64,000 nucleotides of DNA from a virus: positions 108,410 through 172,409 of IMG/VR virus record IMGVR_UViG_3300006916_000041, one strand, 5' to 3'. Below are positions 56,897 through 64,000 of this stretch, in pieces (the first letter of the stretch is position 1; each line of letters starts with the position of its first letter). The notes under the pieces were generated by a model. The model was not told the DNA's origin, searched no databases, and saw only the letters and a list, made by a program, of their open reading frames with translations. The position numbers and the translations under genes were made by a program.

Positions 56897-57806
56897 AAAT
56901 TGCTTCCTGTAATTTTTTTATAATTGTCGAAGAGTGCCTACTTAATGCACGTTTGTTCATAGCATGTAGATTAGTGTCTATGTTTTTAGTTAGTATATTT
57001 TTCCACTGCTCTTTTCTGTCGTGACTGAGTAATACCCAACTGTTGATGTCTTGTATTTCTACTACATCATCTTTTTGATCCATGTTTACTAGAGGTACAC
57101 CTAAAAAATCGTGAATGAAGTTATTTTCATTGAAACCATTCATAATATGTGCAGCAATACTCACACAAAAATCAGTTCTGAACAGTGCTGGAGGAAACTG
57201 ATAAAGCAGATGATAATAGTCCCAATTGTCTTTTACATGAGTCCATAAATCAAAAAACATTTTGCTTTCTTCACTTTGATCAAAGTAAACAACTGTGCTC
57301 CACCAATGATTGACTCCGCCGTCACTTAGTGTAATTTCGTTTAAATATGGCAACTGATGCTCTAGGTAACGTGCAGTTCTATGCATTGAAACTGGGATAT
57401 CTGTATCAAATATATAATCGTAAAAATTGTTTTTAATAATATAATCAGTATCTATCAACAGTGTTTTTTCAAACGGAGTATATGAAAAAACTTGATCTTT
57501 ATTGTTGTTATAAAACGGAGCAGTAAATTCTGTCCATGGACTATCAAAATGTCTACGTGGATTGTTAACTGGTTGATCTTCAGTTATAACAACATGATCA
57601 AAGCATGCACTATGCCATTTAGAATCAACACTGTCTTTTAACCAACCGTAGGTTCCTTCATCTGTAATTAGACAAATGTTTTTGTTTTCCATGTGTGCTT
57701 TTACGTAACCAGCTGCTATGTGTGCGAATTGTACGTAATCCAACTGATCATTGTTGTAAGCAAACATGCAAATGCCTGATTCTTCTTGTTTTACACTGTC
57801 AGACAT
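56889..57806 (-). CDS. Glycosyltransferase-like protein (GT-A), paralog of 56015..56896
   Basis: ICLITD, TPFEKTLLIDTD (DxD), FRTDFCVSIA, LHAMNK. Confidence 0.6.
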   Translation of the reverse strand: MSDSVKQEESGICMFAYNNDQLDYVQFAHIAAGYVKAHMENKNICLITDEGTYGWLKDSVDSKWHSACFDHVVITEDQPVNNPRRHFDSPWTEFTAPFYNNNKDQVFSYTPFEKTLLIDTDYIIKNNFYDYIFDTDIPVSMHRTARYLEHQLPYLNEITLSDGGVNHWWSTVVYFDQSEESKMFFDLWTHVKDNWDYYHLLYQFPPALFRTDFCVSIAAHIMNGFNENNFIHDFLGVPLVNMDQKDDVVEIQDINSWVLLSHDRKEQWKNILTKNIDTNLHAMNKRALSRHSSTIIKKLQEAIYE

Positions 57807-58153
57807 TACCAATCCATTATTTGTTTTATACTACGAGCACGTTTGATTTTATCCATTTGAACTTTGTATTCATTGCTAGCCTGTTGATAAGCATCAATCA
57901 AAGTAGTTTGAAATTCTTGTAAATTTTCAATTTCGACAGGATTATCTTTGGTATCAACAACTATAGCTGATTGTTTACCATTAGTGATAAGTGCATTTAC
58001 AAACGAAATTAAAGTTTCATTAGCTAAGAAACTACCTCCTTTGTAGTGTAAATTTTGCAGTACTTGCATACGGCTTCTAATATTACGTTTTTGATTACTA
58101 AGTGTTGCACGATAATTTGCAAATTCGAGGGCTTTCTCGAGTCTCTCATCCAT
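57806..58153 (-). CDS. Hypothetical protein, possibly tail-fibre assembly chaperone-like
   Basis: 115 aa, AAGGAG RBS, helical, directly after tail genes; functional call is inference. Confidence 0.6.
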   Translation of the reverse strand: MDERLEKALEFANYRATLSNQKRNIRSRMQVLQNLHYKGGSFLANETLISFVNALITNGKQSAIVVDTKDNPVEIENLQEFQTTLIDAYQQASNEYKVQMDKIKRARSIKQIMDW

Positions 58154-58181
58154 AATGAGTTTCTCCTTATAATTATATGCT

Positions 58182-58211
58182 ACTATAACTTATTTATGTG
58201 GTTTTTGTCAA
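58182..58211 (-). promoter_or_regulatory. Nested sigma70 and late promoters heading the tailoring cluster
   Basis: TTGACA-18 nt-TATAGT with CATAAATA (58191-58198) inside the spacer. Confidence 0.6.
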
Positions 58212-58219
58212 CAGTTTTT

Positions 58220-59410
58220 TTAGTTGTCGTCTGCTGTATTGAAGTTGTCAATGATATCAAATTGAGGATCAGGAGTAACATCAAATTCGCTTTGATTCAA
58301 TGTTAGAACATCAGGCATAAGATAATTACAAGTTGCTTCTATTGTACCATCTACAGTTTGATTCAAAGTAGTATTGTCTAGTACAACTTTAAAATGGACT
58401 TCGGCTCCGTTGTTAGCCCATTTTCCATAAACTTTAAGATATCTAGCTGCATAACCACTATAGCTGGTAATCGGAACAATGTAAACAGGTGATCCAGGAC
58501 AAGAACCTGAATATCCATATCCATATCCATATCCACTAGTAGTATTACTTACAAATATACCTGGCGTACTGCTCCCATATCCGTATCCGTATCCGTATCC
58601 ATAACCGGTATTTGCATTTATTGTTACACCTGCACTAGTAAACAGCAAGCCTGCATCATCTACTATACCGTCTGCGTCACTGCCATCACCGTAACGATCT
58701 GTCAGATCATAAAAACCTTTGCCAGCACTATTACCTGCTGTGGTATAACCTTCACTTTGATACATTGTATTCCAATCAAATACTAATGTACCAACTTCGT
58801 TGATAATATCAGCCCAGTTAAAATATCCAGCTGTACACCCACTGCTCATTTCTAAAAATAGCTGTAGCTGTCCACCGCCATTAAAAAAGTGTCTTGCATG
58901 TGTATAATCATTAAATATAAATTTATGTTCACCTGTTAGATTGTTAGTCCACGGCATTATCCTTCTGTATAATGCTCCACTCAGTGGCGTAGACGGTAAT
59001 AAACTAGCATCAGCAGGATCTACATATGCATGATTATCATTAACAAGTATACTATTATTAAATTTAGTTTCGATTAAATTAAGATCTTCTGCTCTTACTA
59101 GTGTATTTGCTGTAACTCCAGTTCTGCCAATTGGAATTGCAAATACCAATATACTATCTGTTACATTAATATGATCAATACTAACATTAGTATGATCTAC
59201 CATTGTTTGTAATCTATCAGCAGTAATAAGTGTGCCTTGCGCTAGCGCATCGTCGATATTAACAGCACCCCATCCGAATTTATGTGTAGCTTTTCTATTA
59301 GCATCTGTCACTAGTGCAGATGGATATTTGTCGCCAAAGATTTTGTTGACAACTTCTGCTACTGCGTTATAGTGTGCTGCTTCGGCTAATTGGCCCACTG
59401 TTTGCGGCAT
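58220..59410 (-). CDS. Putative virion/tail structural protein with (GY)n repeats
   Basis: 396 aa, G/T/S/N-rich; ARHFFNGGG; GYGYGYGYGYG and GYGYGYGY; in structural gene run. Confidence 0.65.
   Translation of the reverse strand: MPQTVGQLAEAAHYNAVAEVVNKIFGDKYPSALVTDANRKATHKFGWGAVNIDDALAQGTLITADRLQTMVDHTNVSIDHINVTDSILVFAIPIGRTGVTANTLVRAEDLNLIETKFNNSILVNDNHAYVDPADASLLPSTPLSGALYRRIMPWTNNLTGEHKFIFNDYTHARHFFNGGGQLQLFLEMSSGCTAGYFNWADIINEVGTLVFDWNTMYQSEGYTTAGNSAGKGFYDLTDRYGDGSDADGIVDDAGLLFTSAGVTINANTGYGYGYGYGYGSSTPGIFVSNTTSGYGYGYGYSGSCPGSPVYIVPITSYSGYAARYLKVYGKWANNGAEVHFKVVLDNTTLNQTVDGTIEATCNYLMPDVLTLNQSEFDVTPDPQFDIIDNFNTADDN
58511..58606 (-). repeat. Two hexamer tandem-repeat tracts encoding (Gly-Tyr)n
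   Basis: (ATATCC)4 at 58511-58534 and a (RTATCC)-type array at 58577-58606. Confidence 0.85.
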
Positions 59411-60324
59411 TACTTAGCTCCTACTACTACTTCAATTGTGCCAGATTCTTCTGTATTCTTGGATTCTAGTGCTCTGCCGATGATTTCTTGCCAATTTACT
59501 CCCATGCCATCTGGGGCTACCATTGCATGTCCTGGAGTATTGCTTGAAACCAATCTCTGTCCTTTGGCTACTATGCCAACAACTTTGCAAGGAACACGCC
59601 CTGCTAGTGCTACAAATGGATGAGTAGCATCAGTGCCTGCAGCACTGTTCATTTCAAACCCTGGTGCAGTTGATACTATGCCAAAAACATCTGTATCACC
59701 TGCTTGTAGAGTTTGTGTAATTTCGTGTGTTCCGCCTAATCTAACTACTGTTCCTGCTTCGTATTCTTGATCTGCTGCATATCGTTCTGCAAGGTCAGCA
59801 TACTCTGCACTGGTAGCAGTACCTCTGAACTTGTAATCAGTTGTGGTATTCATATTGATGCCAGCTTGAATAACCGGAAACTGAGTACTAAGTGCAGTAA
59901 CACCGTCTTCTAAAAATTCTGTTGCTGCTGGTGTCCATGCTGTAGTATCATCTACAATAATACTAACAATATTGTCATCCACTATAGTTTCGATAGTCCA
60001 GTGATATACTCCAAGTGTATCTAATCTTTGTCTATACTCGATACGTGTAGTTCCAGCTGGCGCACCAATTGTATACCATTGTCCATCGTACAACATCAAT
60101 CGACTTGTACTTGTATCGTACCAAAGTTGTCCTTCAGTTGGATTGTTTGGCGCTGTACCGTTGGCAAAGTTTTCCAACAAATGCAACATGTTTTCGTTTA
60201 GGATTTCACCAAATCTTGTGTAGTTTTTACCAATCAAGGTCAGACTTGTACTGGTATCTGCTGTACCGTCGTTTACTACTATTGGTGATTTTCCTGGATC
60301 TGAATAATCTATTGTATATGGCAT
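59410..60324 (-). CDS. Tail fibre/baseplate-associated protein with C-terminal autocleaving chaperone-like (peptidase G2/IMC-type) domain
   Basis: LIGKNY-x2-FGE-x2-NEN-x3-LLENFA, PTEGQLWYD; ADLAERY, GIVST, VALAGRVPCKV, IIGRALE. Confidence 0.7.
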   Translation of the reverse strand: MPYTIDYSDPGKSPIVVNDGTADTSTSLTLIGKNYTRFGEILNENMLHLLENFANGTAPNNPTEGQLWYDTSTSRLMLYDGQWYTIGAPAGTTRIEYRQRLDTLGVYHWTIETIVDDNIVSIIVDDTTAWTPAATEFLEDGVTALSTQFPVIQAGINMNTTTDYKFRGTATSAEYADLAERYAADQEYEAGTVVRLGGTHEITQTLQAGDTDVFGIVSTAPGFEMNSAAGTDATHPFVALAGRVPCKVVGIVAKGQRLVSSNTPGHAMVAPDGMGVNWQEIIGRALESKNTEESGTIEVVVGAK

Positions 60325-60336
60325 CTTATTTTCCTA

Positions 60337-60936
60337 TTATAAGTCCGCGAACGAACTTCTTATCCTTAGAGTGTATACTACTTGAATTTTTCTGTTTGCG
60401 CTTTTTTGCACCGGGTGAAAAACCACATGAGTCAACAAATCGTTGTTGGCTGTATATAAAGCTAGTTCATCAAACACATATGTACCATTCATATCGGTAC
60501 CCGTGTCTGTTGCATCTTGTCCCACTGGAATTGCATAATCCAATGTACAAGTTGTGATCACATCACTGTAATTATTTGGACTAGTATGACTTGCTACTAC
60601 TTGATTGTCTGTTGAACTTGTAATAGCATCATCAACTGTCTGACTGTGTGTTTCATTGTATAGTGCTCCACTAGCACTGTTGGTATTAGTTGCTTTGTAT
60701 GTAACTGCACCCAAGCCATCAATGCTAGTACCGCCGTTACCAAAACGCATGGTACTAATTTCATAAGTACTGGTGCTGCCACTAGCGTTGGCCAACAAAT
60801 TAGCAATTGCTATACTCATGTTTTCATAGTTCACTGCATTGCGTCTGCGAACAAATACTTCGCCTGAATCAGGATCCCAAATTTTAATATGTCCTTCGAC
60901 GCCTATCAGTGGTGTTTCAAATTGTTCTAAACTCAT
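60337..60936 (-). CDS. Putative virion structural (baseplate/tail) protein
   Basis: GHIKIWD, NAV, FGNGG, FDELAL, LLTHVVFHPVQKS; TATAAATA at 60956-60963 favours ATG 60936. Confidence 0.6.
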   Translation of the reverse strand: MSLEQFETPLIGVEGHIKIWDPDSGEVFVRRRNAVNYENMSIAIANLLANASGSTSTYEISTMRFGNGGTSIDGLGAVTYKATNTNSASGALYNETHSQTVDDAITSSTDNQVVASHTSPNNYSDVITTCTLDYAIPVGQDATDTGTDMNGTYVFDELALYTANNDLLTHVVFHPVQKSANRKIQVVYTLRIRSSFADL

Positions 60937-60958
60937 AGCTTTATTCCATTTGTAGTAT

Positions 60959-63900
60959 TTATATCGATCCTTGCCCTGCATTTCTAATGAAAGCATGTTC
61001 AGGCGAAATTCCTGGAGATCCAGGATCTGCTAGGCTTACACCACTGTCGTTATAAGCCATTCTTAAATTATCTCCGTAATCACTGAACCTAGCAAGTGTT
61101 GGTATTTGTTCATTTGCTTCTACAACTGTAGTGCCGCTAAGATGCAGTTGTGCGCTTGTGCTGTTGGTTCCACGCTTGCAATACAACAAGTTAGTTGCAC
61201 TTTTAGCGCCATATTCAACACGCTCGCTGCCTATCCAAACAACTCCGTAGTCAGCTAGTGCGGCTGTACTCAACACCCCAATAGTTGTGTCTGTTGCACC
61301 TATACTAGCAGTGATTTCAGTTTTTCTTGTATCTTCAATCACTGTGCTTGTTTGTAAATTATTAGGATGATACAAGTTCATTCTGAATGATCTAGTTTCA
61401 GCATCAACTGTATTTCCTGTGGTATTAGTTTGTACAAGTATACTAACATTCTCACTGTAGTCAACTGGGTAAAGTTCTTCTCCCCATCCCTCTTCGTGTG
61501 GTTGGTCAAATTCATTACCATTATAGATGTATTCTATATCATTGTCAACAGTTGTGAATTCCATACCGTCAGTATGATCAGGCTCACTAGTAAAGTCTCC
61601 GCCTAGCAATAGTGTGTCACCTTCCCAATCTCTTGTGGTGTGATCATTGTAAAGCATGGTAATGATACTTCTTCTATCTTCTTCGTCAATTTCAATCTGT
61701 GTTGCTTCACCGTGTGTAACTTTTTCCAGTCCGCTGTGTAGTTTGGTATGGAAAGGTTTAATATCATGAAAGAAATCTTCTACCACACTTGCATCGTAAC
61801 GCTTGAAGTGCTGTTGTGTTAACAACAGTGGATGCTCTACTTCCAGTTTCACATAACTGGTTTTAAATGCAAAGTCATCTGTTGTGTTCTGCACCACAGC
61901 TTCATGCAAACAATTAAACCAAAGTTCATTGTATTTTGCTAGATGTGTTCCAACAAATACTTTTGTTCTCAGATTATCAAACAATTTTCCAATTACATCG
62001 CTGCTTCCACTGTCAAATGGCATAATATCAAAACCACTAGCATCCCATCCATGACCAAACTTGCTTTGGTTCCATGTTTCTTCTGTAATCTGTATTGTGG
62101 CTTTTTCTTTCCAAACCATTGTGCTTGTACCATTGTTGTAGTAGTGTATTTCTGGTCTGTTGATACCATCTGCATGCACCACAGTTCTTACTTTTACATA
62201 AGTTCCATCAGGTTCGTCAATGAGATCTATCAAGTCTTGCTGTGTAGCTACTGTTTTGTCTGCAACAATCGAACTGTCGTAACCACTGGCACTCCAGTCG
62301 ACCCAGTTCCAGTATGGTTTGGTATCATAAGTAACTGTTCCTAGTACGAAAGTATAGTTAAATGTGCTTTCCCAATTTTGTATTTCATCAATAACATTGA
62401 TTGTACTCAACAGTTCATTTACTTTGTAAACCCAGTTCTGTCTAGCATCGACTAGATTTCTATACAAGCTCTGTCTTGGTCTTACAAGATGACCATATCT
62501 GTTGTATGGGTGTAAATCTAAATCTGGAACAGGTTGACCACGCCACACATCAATATCATCTTCAGCAGTCTCTGGAGGCAAATCGTAATCATAAATTTTA
62601 ACCCAATGACTCATATCTGTATCCAAGCTAGGTTGTTGATTTTGATTAGGACCATTTTGTGTTCCGTTTGCAAGACTGATATAAAAGTCACTGCCTTCCT
62701 GAACCACTTGATTTGGCTGATATACTGTAGTATTTGACCAGGTAGTGTATGTGTATCTTTGTTTATAGTTGTTAAATCCTACTAAACTATCACGCATTTT
62801 TATGTGTAAGTATTCTGGTATAGCCACGCTTGGATCATTTTCAGCAAGCATAGTCCATTCATTCATAGGTTCACTATTGCTGGTGTAAATTTGGTTTACT
62901 TGAGCAACACTGTCTCGAGTAACATACTTGTCGACATTGGTCAAGAACAACACATTGCTTCCGCTGGCAGCTGCCCAACTCAAATCAAAACCTTCTGGAT
63001 TTTGTAGTATTGTACTCAATTGTAGTGTATTGTAATTTCTTTGTCCTTCATATGAACTTTTGTTTTTAACCCAGAAATAATATTCAGTTTCGTTTCTGTT
63101 TGTTCTGCGATTGTAATAGGTGTTTTCACTCCAAAAATACACATCATCACCGTCAACTGTTTCTTTGTATGCTTCACCACTGGCAGTTACACCTCTGATC
63201 TTAGTTCCTTGATCTACTAGTGTACTCCATTGTTCAGGTAGTACAGGACTGCGAGTCCATTCATATATGTCGATACTAGCACCATCAAAAAGTCTACCCC
63301 AGTTGTTTTGTTGATATTCAATACTACCTTGTTCATAATTTAGATAAACTGCGGTGTTAAGATTCCACCACCGCTTGCCTACTTGTGCTGCACCCCATGC
63401 ATTTGAATCAGCTTGTTCACCTTCGATGGTATTGTAATTATAGTTTGCAACGTCTGCTGTAATCAAGTAATCTATTTCACTGCGAATAAATCCAAGTACG
63501 ATTCCTTTGGCTGGATCCCAGGTTTCTAGTTGGGCAATAGTGCTTTTACGTTTAGCATCATATATTTTAACATTTTCAATAAGATCATTTCTTGCTTGTC
63601 CGCCTTGTGTTCTTACTGCTTTGAGTTCACTAACACTATGACCGCCACCATCTGTCCAAGTTCCTGTGTACTTGTAAACTGCTGGTTTACCTGTGCCATC
63701 ATTGTCTACAAAAATATAAATTGGACTTTGCTGATTGTTTTGTCTAAGTCCACTAAAGTTGTACTTGTATACTCCATTTTGTTGAGCATTGATGTTGTTG
63801 TCTAATTGAGATTTACTAGAGAATCTCACATTTCTCAAAGGATAGATATTACCAGTTCCGCCTTCTTGTTCGATATATTCATCTATATAAAATTTTTGTG

Positions 63901-64000
63901 TATTAGCACTGTCAACCTTAGTAACACGATGTATACCGTCGATGTTAGGAACAGTTGTACTACCTCTGATTAACACATAGTCACCTTCTACTAGATTGTG
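60959..64000 (-). CDS. Large virion structural protein (baseplate wedge-like), 5'-truncated by window edge
   Basis: Frame open to base 64000; >1000 aa; IKPFHTK, GWDASGFD, WIGSERVEY...RGTNST motifs. Confidence 0.7.
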   Translation of the reverse strand, partial: HNLVEGDYVLIRGSTTVPNIDGIHRVTKVDSANTQKFYIDEYIEQEGGTGNIYPLRNVRFSSKSQLDNNINAQQNGVYKYNFSGLRQNNQQSPIYIFVDNDGTGKPAVYKYTGTWTDGGGHSVSELKAVRTQGGQARNDLIENVKIYDAKRKSTIAQLETWDPAKGIVLGFIRSEIDYLITADVANYNYNTIEGEQADSNAWGAAQVGKRWWNLNTAVYLNYEQGSIEYQQNNWGRLFDGASIDIYEWTRSPVLPEQWSTLVDQGTKIRGVTASGEAYKETVDGDDVYFWSENTYYNRRTNRNETEYYFWVKNKSSYEGQRNYNTLQLSTILQNPEGFDLSWAAASGSNVLFLTNVDKYVTRDSVAQVNQIYTSNSEPMNEWTMLAENDPSVAIPEYLHIKMRDSLVGFNNYKQRYTYTTWSNTTVYQPNQVVQEGSDFYISLANGTQNGPNQNQQPSLDTDMSHWVKIYDYDLPPETAEDDIDVWRGQPVPDLDLHPYNRYGHLVRPRQSLYRNLVDARQNWVYKVNELLSTINVIDEIQNWESTFNYTFVLGTVTYDTKPYWNWVDWSASGYDSSIVADKTVATQQDLIDLIDEPDGTYVKVRTVVHADGINRPEIHYYNNGTSTMVWKEKATIQITEETWNQSKFGHGWDASGFDIMPFDSGSSDVIGKLFDNLRTKVFVGTHLAKYNELWFNCLHEAVVQNTTDDFAFKTSYVKLEVEHPLLLTQQHFKRYDASVVEDFFHDIKPFHTKLHSGLEKVTHGEATQIEIDEEDRRSIITMLYNDHTTRDWEGDTLLLGGDFTSEPDHTDGMEFTTVDNDIEYIYNGNEFDQPHEEGWGEELYPVDYSENVSILVQTNTTGNTVDAETRSFRMNLYHPNNLQTSTVIEDTRKTEITASIGATDTTIGVLSTAALADYGVVWIGSERVEYGAKSATNLLYCKRGTNSTSAQLHLSGTTVVEANEQIPTLARFSDYGDNLRMAYNDSGVSLADPGSPGISPEHAFIRNAGQGSI

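Noticed and set aside
8051-58153. Bacterial chromosomal biosynthetic cluster rather than phage DNA
   Set aside because: Contiguous with tail and phage metabolic genes, shares the same TAAATA promoter motif and tight overlaps, and has no integrase or IS boundary
64-63805. Numerous 60-190 aa ORFs antisense to or nested in longer genes (e.g. 3931..4452, 17538..18110, 60069..60557)
   Set aside because: They lie within motif-bearing genes, lack RBS or motifs, and look like shadow ORFs
1-64000. CRISPR array, tRNA/rRNA, intron/intein, diversity-generating retroelement
   Set aside because: No spaced direct repeats, cloverleafs, reverse transcriptase or splice motifs seen by eye; intergenic gaps are mostly under ~100 bp

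Overview
This is a 64-kb, densely coded, AT-rich segment of a large tailed-phage (jumbo/T4-like) genome, probably from an aquatic uncultured phage. No rRNA, tRNA, CRISPR array or mobile element was seen. Left arm (1-8.0 kb, + strand): small hypothetical genes, a MoxR AAA+ ATPase/VWA-metallopeptidase pair behind repeated sigma70-type early promoters, and a nucleotide-metabolism block (DHFR, APS-kinase-like, HxGH nucleotidyltransferase, ThyA). Right arm (58.2-64 kb, - strand): virion/tail structural genes, one carrying (GY)n repeats and one ending in a predicted self-cleaving chaperone domain. Between them (8.05-58.15 kb, almost all - strand, directly downstream of the tail genes) lies a ~50-kb biosynthetic/tailoring cluster. 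It encodes 17 radical SAM enzymes (one cobalamin-dependent), 4 glycosyltransferase-like proteins, 4 2OG-Fe(II) oxygenases, 3 methyltransferases, sulfotransferase-like proteins, a NodU/CmcH carbamoyltransferase, 2 QueC-like proteins, 2 nitroreductases, an adenylation enzyme, an SDR, a sugar nucleotidyltransferase, an MTA/SAH nucleosidase and a TctA/TctC transporter. My leading inference is a self-supporting phage system for chemical decoration of virion proteins or glycans; the substrate is not demonstrated. Smaller observations include TAAATA late promoters 5 nt from ATG (predicted leaderless mRNAs), a hairpin-bridged RBS on tctA, an unannotated 38-aa ORF behind the carbamoyltransferase, and a frameshifted radical SAM gene.
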